Positions 63,581 through 64,000 of a stretch of DNA of 64,000 nt are shown here, one piece after another. The position numbers were made by a program, and so were the translations under genes. The DNA is from Candidatus Limnocylindrales bacterium. GTDB lineage: Bacteria > Patescibacteriota > Microgenomatia > Levybacterales > UBA12049. The stretch is taken from NCBI GenBank assembly GCA_035526025.1, contig DATLDE010000002.1:2340-66339 (forward strand). The letters run 5' to 3'. A model generated the notes under the pieces. The model searched no databases. It saw nothing but the letters and a program-made list of their open reading frames with translations, and was not told the DNA's origin. The stretch's first letter is position 1; every line of letters starts with the position of its first letter.

Positions 63581-64000
63581 TGGCTATGAGTAAATATGTT
63601 GCTTTTCTTCGCGGGATAAATGTTGGCGGAAACAAAAAAGTCCCCATGGAAGACTTGCGTAAAACTTTTGAATCCCTCGGATTTACAAACGTAAAGACAT
63701 TACTAAACACGGGGAACGTTGTTTTTGAAGGAGAAAAAACTAATGCAGAAACGGTTGAACAAGAATTGGAAAAACATTTTGGATTCCCGATAAGCGTAAT
63801 CATCCGCACAATTTATGATATTAAAAGCCTGGTTGACTCCAACCCTTTTGATGGAATCGAAGTAACTGAGCAGACCAGACTCTATATTACTTTTTTAAAA
63901 GAAAAAAATAAAAGCAAACTAAAAATTCCATATGAATCTCCTGAGCTGGATTTTAAAATACTCAAAGTCACCGAAGGCGAAGTCATAAGTGTCCTGACAC
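63580..64000 (+). CDS. DUF1697 family protein, 3'-truncated by window end
   Basis: MAMSKYVAFLRGINVGGNKKVPMEDL matches the DUF1697 N-terminal signature. Runs off the window. Confidence 0.6.
   Translation, partial: MAMSKYVAFLRGINVGGNKKVPMEDLRKTFESLGFTNVKTLLNTGNVVFEGEKTNAETVEQELEKHFGFPISVIIRTIYDIKSLVDSNPFDGIEVTEQTRLYITFLKEKNKSKLKIPYESPELDFKILKVTEGEVISVLT

Noticed and set aside
1-64000. CRISPR array or cas genes
   Set aside because: No regularly spaced direct repeats of 24-48 bp with unique spacers, and no Cas signature motifs. The only tandem repeats are the short coding heptamers and the 21-bp glmS duplication.

Overview
This 64-kb window is AT-rich (about 35-38% GC by eye) and densely packed with short genes. 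I predict about 80 CDS and three tRNAs. I found no rRNA, no CRISPR array and no recognisable transposase. All ORFs read through with the standard code, so there is no UGA recoding. The lineage guess is a Patescibacteria/CPR-like genome, and it is inference only. It rests on the small proteins, an archaeal/eukaryotic-type ATP-dependent DNA ligase, an archaeal-type UMP kinase, two small GIY-YIG nuclease genes, a TraD/VirD4-like coupling ATPase, a tRNA-Ile(UAU), and several apparently leaderless mRNAs.

Housekeeping content includes tpiA, a UvrD/PcrA helicase, recF, fpg, a standalone 5'-3' exonuclease, ftsH, murD, murI, glmS, gap, two msrA paralogs and an SDR. Next to the nrdR-nrdJ genes is a B12 uptake/adenosylation module (DUF4430, an ECF-S/BtuM-like membrane protein and PduO-type btuR) preceded by a candidate cobalamin riboswitch.

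Accessory content worth a second look:
- A higher-GC two-gene island (sigma-70 family factor plus ParB/Srx-nuclease-HTH protein) next to a divergent tRNA-Met / tRNA-fMet pair and a GIY-YIG gene.
- A Fic - hypothetical - ATP-dependent ligase operon.
- A Xer-like recombinase / tRNA-Ile(UAU) / LAGLIDADG-like gene junction, followed by a T4SS-coupling-ATPase cluster that contains a low-complexity protein, a missed 47-aa zinc-ribbon ORF and a 477-aa zinc-ribbon protein. That last gene sits behind a terminator hairpin that also buries its Shine-Dalgarno sequence.
- A MarR regulon defined by three copies of a TTAACTTAGTTAAC palindrome. It controls marR, a membrane-anchored protein plus cupredoxin and PQQ-dehydrogenase genes, and an operon of paralogous secreted Asn/Ser/Gly-rich proteins, one of which ends in a CHRD domain.
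- Two 4x heptanucleotide tandem repeats inside coding regions (a glycosyltransferase gene and murD).
- A dispersed ~55-bp repeat at two promoter regions.
- A novel 508-aa P-loop NTPase next to a CYTH-domain gene.

All functional calls come from motifs read directly in the translations. No database search was possible.
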